Part shown: one piece after another, positions 60,160 through 64,000 of the stretch | How the letters are laid out: the number at the start of each line of letters is the position of its first letter | Numbering within the stretch: position 1 is the stretch's first letter | From: Candidatus Thalassarchaeaceae archaeon | Lineage (GTDB): Archaea > Thermoplasmatota > Poseidoniia > Poseidoniales > Thalassarchaeaceae | Length of the DNA: 64,000 nucleotides | Direction of reading: 5' to 3' | NCBI GenBank assembly: GCA_023700255.1 | Contig: JAJPRD010000001.1 | Location: 53,566 to 117,565 of the forward strand | The notes under the pieces: generated by a model | Databases searched by the model: none | Told to the model about the DNA's origin: nothing | The model's input: only the letters and a program-made list of their open reading frames with translations | Translations under genes and position numbers: made by a program

Positions 60160-61156
60160 AAAAATCTTAATCGAACTAAATAATGTTAAAAAATGGTTCC
60201 CCATAAAATCGGGTCTACTATCTCCCGTGAAAAATTTTGTTCATGCAGTCGATGGAGTCAGTCTTGTTGTAAATAAAGGTGAAACACTGGGTGTAGTTGG
60301 TGAATCTGGTTGTGGGAAGACTACTCTAGGGCGACTTATTCTTAATTTAATACCGATAACTTCCGGCTCAATAATATACGAAGGCGTCGAATTAAAGCGA
60401 ATGAGAAATAGAGATATTAGGAAAAAAATGCAGATTGTATTTCAAGATCCTGGCGGGTCAATGAATCCTCGTATGACAGTGAGATCAATAGTATCTGAAC
60501 CTTTGATTGTAAATGGTCATTCTGATGGGGCTGAAATGACTAAGAAAGTAGGTGATCTGTTAGAATCGGTTGGTCTGAAAAAAAACCATATGACTCGTTT
60601 TCCTCATGAATTCTCAGGTGGGCAAAAACAAAGAGTTGCTTTAGCTAGAGCATTAGCTCTAGAACCAGATTTCATACTTCTAGATGAGCCAACAAGCGCA
60701 TTAGATGTTTCAGTTCAGGCGCAAGTTCTAAACTTATTAGACGAGATTCAGAAACAAAGAGGCTTAACATTCGTTTTCATAACTCATTCTCTAAATGTGG
60801 TACATCATATATCTGATAGAGTTGCTGTTATGTACCTCGGGAAAATCGCCGAGTTAGCTAAAACCGATGACTTATTTGAGCGACCAGCCCACCCGTATAC
60901 TCATGCTCTACTTTCCGCTATTCCTGAGCCAACTGTAGGTCAGGACAGGTCTGAAAGAATAGTGTTGAGTGGAGACGTTCCTAGTCCTGCTGATCCACCT
61001 TCAGGATGTCGTTTTCATACAAGGTGTCCGATAGCAAAACCGGGTACTTGTGATGTTGAAGAACCCGAGTTAATTGAGATAGATACGGGACATAAAGTGG
61101 CATGTCATTTCCCATTGGTGCCAGGGCAAAAATTACCTATGATCAATGAACAATGA
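60146..61156 (+). CDS. Peptide ABC ATPase OppF/DppF-like (normal length)
   Basis: GESGCGKTT, VFQDP, FSGGQKQR, LDEPTSALDV, GCRFHTRC; TTG start after GGAGGTGA (60146 or 60149). Confidence 0.92.
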   Translation: MLSDKKILIELNNVKKWFPIKSGLLSPVKNFVHAVDGVSLVVNKGETLGVVGESGCGKTTLGRLILNLIPITSGSIIYEGVELKRMRNRDIRKKMQIVFQDPGGSMNPRMTVRSIVSEPLIVNGHSDGAEMTKKVGDLLESVGLKKNHMTRFPHEFSGGQKQRVALARALALEPDFILLDEPTSALDVSVQAQVLNLLDEIQKQRGLTFVFITHSLNVVHHISDRVAVMYLGKIAELAKTDDLFERPAHPYTHALLSAIPEPTVGQDRSERIVLSGDVPSPADPPSGCRFHTRCPIAKPGTCDVEEPELIEIDTGHKVACHFPLVPGQKLPMINEQ

Positions 61157-61206
61157 GGTACTCTCATTCTGATTAGTTCTATGACCTTAAGCCCCCTCCC
61201 AGAGTC

Positions 61207-61560
61207 ATGGATGAGTCCGAAGAAAAATCTCCTTCTCTTGATTTCATAGATAAGAAATCTCAGAGGGAAGCTTCCTTCTGGCGATTGAAAAGGGCGTCTG
61301 ATGACCAACGCCACAAGAGAGTCCAATCAATAGTTGGTCAACAATCTGAAGGCTTGAAACTGACATTAGGTCGTCTATTTTATCTCGTCTTGTGTATACT
61401 CTTCGATGGTCTAGTGCTTACTGAGATTCCAATTCGTTTAGGTAGAACTATGCCTTCTTGGTTATTGTTTGGAATAATACTGGGATATGCAATAATTCTC
61501 CAAAAGCAGTATTATGATGAATGGTTTGATGTCGACTTGACTGGCTTAGATATGAATTAG
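61207..61560 (+). CDS. Small hypothetical 2-TM membrane protein
   Basis: 117-aa ORF, charged N-terminus, two hydrophobic segments. Confidence 0.55.
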   Translation: MDESEEKSPSLDFIDKKSQREASFWRLKRASDDQRHKRVQSIVGQQSEGLKLTLGRLFYLVLCILFDGLVLTEIPIRLGRTMPSWLLFGIILGYAIILQKQYYDEWFDVDLTGLDMN

Positions 61561-61665
61561 TTCAGCAGTTTCAATAATCTCTTTTTTCATTTGTTCTTTT
61601 CTCTTCACATTCCAATCTTTTTTTTAATCATTTGTTCATCATTTACTATTTTATTTAATCGTATG

Positions 61666-61736
61666 TACAATAAATGATTCAATTATTGTATTATAAAAGG
61701 TTAAAGCATCTCTTATGTGTTCAATCGAACATATAA
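61666..61736 (+). promoter_or_regulatory. Putative glnII promoter: TATA-like box flanked by two inverted repeats
   Basis: TACAATAAATGA-T-TCAATTATTGTA (61666-61690), TTATAAAA (61691-61698), TTATGTGTTC-AATC-GAACATATAA (61713-61736). Confidence 0.45.
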
Positions 61737-61762
61737 TAAACCTCATTATTAGACGGTTGCTT

Positions 61763-62773
61763 ATGGCGGATAAAGCAAAATTGGAGTATATTTGGTTAGA
61801 TGGATATTACCCTACACAGAATATGAGAAGTAAAACTATGGTGAGAAATGATTTCAGTGGTAAATTAGAAGATTGCCCCATTTGGTGTTTCGATGGTAGT
61901 TCTACCAAACAAGCAGAGGGTGGTTCATCTGACTGTCTTTTGAAGCCGGTTGCGATTTTTCCAGATCCGGTTAGGGAAAATGGATATCTAGTTATGAATG
62001 AGGTAATGAATCCCGATTCAACCCCTCATGAATCGAATGGTAGGGCAACAATTGATGATGATGATAATGATTTTTGGTTTGGTTTTGAACAAGAATATTT
62101 CATTATGGATGTCGATACACAATTGCCTTTAGGTTTTCCATTAGGTGGCTATCCTGGACCTCAAGGACTCTACTATTGTTCAGTAGGTGGGAAAAATACA
62201 CACGGTCGATCATTTGTTGAGGAACATGCTGATTTATGTATTGGTGCAGGTATTAATTTCGAAGGTATCAATCAGGAAGTGGCATGCGGTCAATGGGAAT
62301 TTCAGTTATTTGCTAAAGGTGCTAAGAAAGCAGGTGATGAGTTATGGATTGCTAGATACTTACTAGATAGGTTGACTGAAAGTTATGGATATTATATTGA
62401 ATATCATCCTAAACCTGTCCCCGGTGATTGGAATGGTTCAGGTATGCATGCTAACTTTTCAGATACTCAATTGCGCGAAAGCGGTGATGAGAAAGTTTTC
62501 AATAATGTATGTGAGGCGTTTGGAAAGAATATCAAAAGGCATATGGATGTCTATGGGGCACATAATGAATTGCGTTTAACAGGACTCCATGAAACTCAAT
62601 CCATTCACTCATTTTCATATGGTGTATCTGATAGAGGGGCATCAATTCGAATACCTATTGGTACAGTGGAAGATGGTTGGAAAGGTAGGCTAGAGGATAG
62701 AAGGCCAGCTTCCAATGCTGATCCCTACAAAATCGCATCTGTAATTGTTAAAACAACTAAATCCACTTATTGA
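61763..62773 (+). CDS. glnII: Glutamine synthetase type II (GSII)
   Basis: About 336 aa; LEYIWLDG, FDGSST.QA, WFGFEQEY, YYCSVG, GQWEFQ, GDWNGSGMH.NFS, RLTGLHET, LEDRRPASN.DPY. Confidence 0.92.
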   Translation: MADKAKLEYIWLDGYYPTQNMRSKTMVRNDFSGKLEDCPIWCFDGSSTKQAEGGSSDCLLKPVAIFPDPVRENGYLVMNEVMNPDSTPHESNGRATIDDDDNDFWFGFEQEYFIMDVDTQLPLGFPLGGYPGPQGLYYCSVGGKNTHGRSFVEEHADLCIGAGINFEGINQEVACGQWEFQLFAKGAKKAGDELWIARYLLDRLTESYGYYIEYHPKPVPGDWNGSGMHANFSDTQLRESGDEKVFNNVCEAFGKNIKRHMDVYGAHNELRLTGLHETQSIHSFSYGVSDRGASIRIPIGTVEDGWKGRLEDRRPASNADPYKIASVIVKTTKSTY

Positions 62774-63699
62774 TTCTTTAGTAATTTAACCACTTCATCA
62801 GCACATCCCCAGGACAGGGTAACTCCAGCTCCTCCATGACCATAATTATGTACGATTGTTTTGTCACTGATTAATTCTTTTTCTAATCTTATTTCATAGC
62901 GTGAAGGTCTTAGTCCAACAGCGGTACCAACAATTTTACTTCTATCTAGTTCGGGCCATAGCGCCTCACACTTCTTAAGGATATATTCTGTATCCTCATT
63001 TCGAATATTTTCGTCCCAATCCCCTTTTTGAGCGGTTCCGCCGAGAACAGTTACATCTCTACGAGGTATTGTGTAGGTTAGTGTGTCAGGTTGTTGATCA
63101 AAGCGCCCAAATCCTGGATCTTGTTCGATATATATCACCTGCCCTCTTACTGGGATAACTGTATCATCATTACATAATTTAGTAGCCCCAATTCCACAAC
63201 AATTTACTATTAAATCGCCTGGTACATCTTCAAGTGATTTGAATTTCCTTAATTCCAAGGTGCCACCTAGCTCTTCAAATCGCGATAATAACCATGGCAT
63301 ATACAAATTCATCTCGATTACCGGAGCTTCTATTTCCCATCCAAAAGAGTAATCTTGAACAATTTCATCTGGTTGGAGAATTCTGAAATGAGGGAGTTCC
63401 AGACTCCAACCTGGTGGGTCACATTTTTTCATTAAATATTCTCTGCCCAGCCTCATAGTAATGAATTCAATTTTGGTTTGGTTTTTTAGATTTAATAATT
63501 CATTGAATGTTTCTGATGCCCATCGATTAGTTTTTTCAATTGGTTCTGCGAGGAATGGGTACCACCAAGCAGCAGCAGTATCTGAGACGGTATTAGGACT
63601 TATTTCTTCAGCCATTATTTTGACATTAAAACCATTTTCTAACAGTCGTATTCCTGTACTTAATCCTGAGACCCCCGCTCCCACTACAGTGACTTGCAT
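62767..63699 (-). CDS. dao: D-amino-acid oxidase (FAD-dependent)
   Basis: VVGAGVSGL, S..AAAWW.P, VNCCG.G, PVRGQ, GLRP.R, HNYGHGGAGVTLSWGCA. Confidence 0.85.
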   Translation of the reverse strand: MQVTVVGAGVSGLSTGIRLLENGFNVKIMAEEISPNTVSDTAAAWWYPFLAEPIEKTNRWASETFNELLNLKNQTKIEFITMRLGREYLMKKCDPPGWSLELPHFRILQPDEIVQDYSFGWEIEAPVIEMNLYMPWLLSRFEELGGTLELRKFKSLEDVPGDLIVNCCGIGATKLCNDDTVIPVRGQVIYIEQDPGFGRFDQQPDTLTYTIPRRDVTVLGGTAQKGDWDENIRNEDTEYILKKCEALWPELDRSKIVGTAVGLRPSRYEIRLEKELISDKTIVHNYGHGGAGVTLSWGCADEVVKLLKNQ

Positions 63700-63752
63700 A
63701 GTTTGAGATAAAGGTGAAGTAAATTATTTACTCGGTATCATAACAATCTTGA

Positions 63753-63971
63753 ATGATAGCCCGTCTGGCAATCAAGGGTGGTAAGTTGCCAAAAGTCAAG
63801 AAACCAAAAAAAGGTTGGTTCCGACCCGAAAAAAAGCGACCTCGCCGTGGACCTGTAGTTCAACCTAGTGAGCGGGGTCTGCCTCCATGTCCTGCCTGTG
63901 GGGAATGGAGTATGCAGAAAGATAGTACTCGTAAAGAAATATATTGTGGCTCATGTGGTGCTATTGTTTAG
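63753..63971 (+). CDS. Small basic protein with C-terminal TFIIB-type Zn ribbon
   Basis: Lys/Arg/Pro-rich N-half; CPACG...D..R.E.YCGSCGAIV; true start may be downstream. Confidence 0.55.
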   Translation: MIARLAIKGGKLPKVKKPKKGWFRPEKKRPRRGPVVQPSERGLPPCPACGEWSMQKDSTRKEIYCGSCGAIV

Positions 63972-64000
63972 TTTTTCATCGTAAATCCAATATGGCTTAG

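Noticed and set aside
882-63706. Many 60-140 aa ORFs antisense to or out of frame within long genes (e.g. 882-1151, 25034-25447, 42301-42720, 47454-47822)
   Set aside because: Shadow ORFs lying largely or wholly within well-supported genes, with no recognisable motifs
1-64000. CRISPR arrays, rRNA, defence systems, prophage or IS elements
   Set aside because: No regularly spaced repeats or diagnostic genes seen; intergenic gaps are only up to a few hundred nt

Overview
Gene-dense, AT-rich chromosomal segment of an archaeon. TBP, archaeosine TGT, ABCE1, DRG GTPase, archaeal TIM, CTP-dependent riboflavin kinase and eL41/eS32 are all present. Gene content and acidic lipoproteins point to Marine Group II Thermoplasmatota (Ca. 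Poseidoniales); this is an inference. The window holds about 55 CDS and two tRNAs (Arg-UCU, Ala-GGC). I found no CRISPR, rRNA, integrase or transposase. Most striking is an Opp/Dpp-type peptide ABC importer (52941-61156): its normally soluble OppD ATPase carries two large hydrophobic insertions (about 2 and about 6 predicted TM segments) inside the nucleotide-binding domain, and its OppC permease has about 5 extra TM segments. It lies just upstream of a bacterial-type glutamine synthetase II and a D-amino-acid oxidase. Other oddities are a circularly permuted glycerophosphodiester phosphodiesterase, a TBP with a ~54-aa insertion, an archaeosine TGT lacking its CxCxxC zinc site, a large-small fused AcnX, tandem phytoene/squalene synthases, and an ABC exporter with an acidic DxDxDG-rich ectodomain followed by a CrtC/AttH-like protein. 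All calls come from motif recognition by eye; no searches were run.
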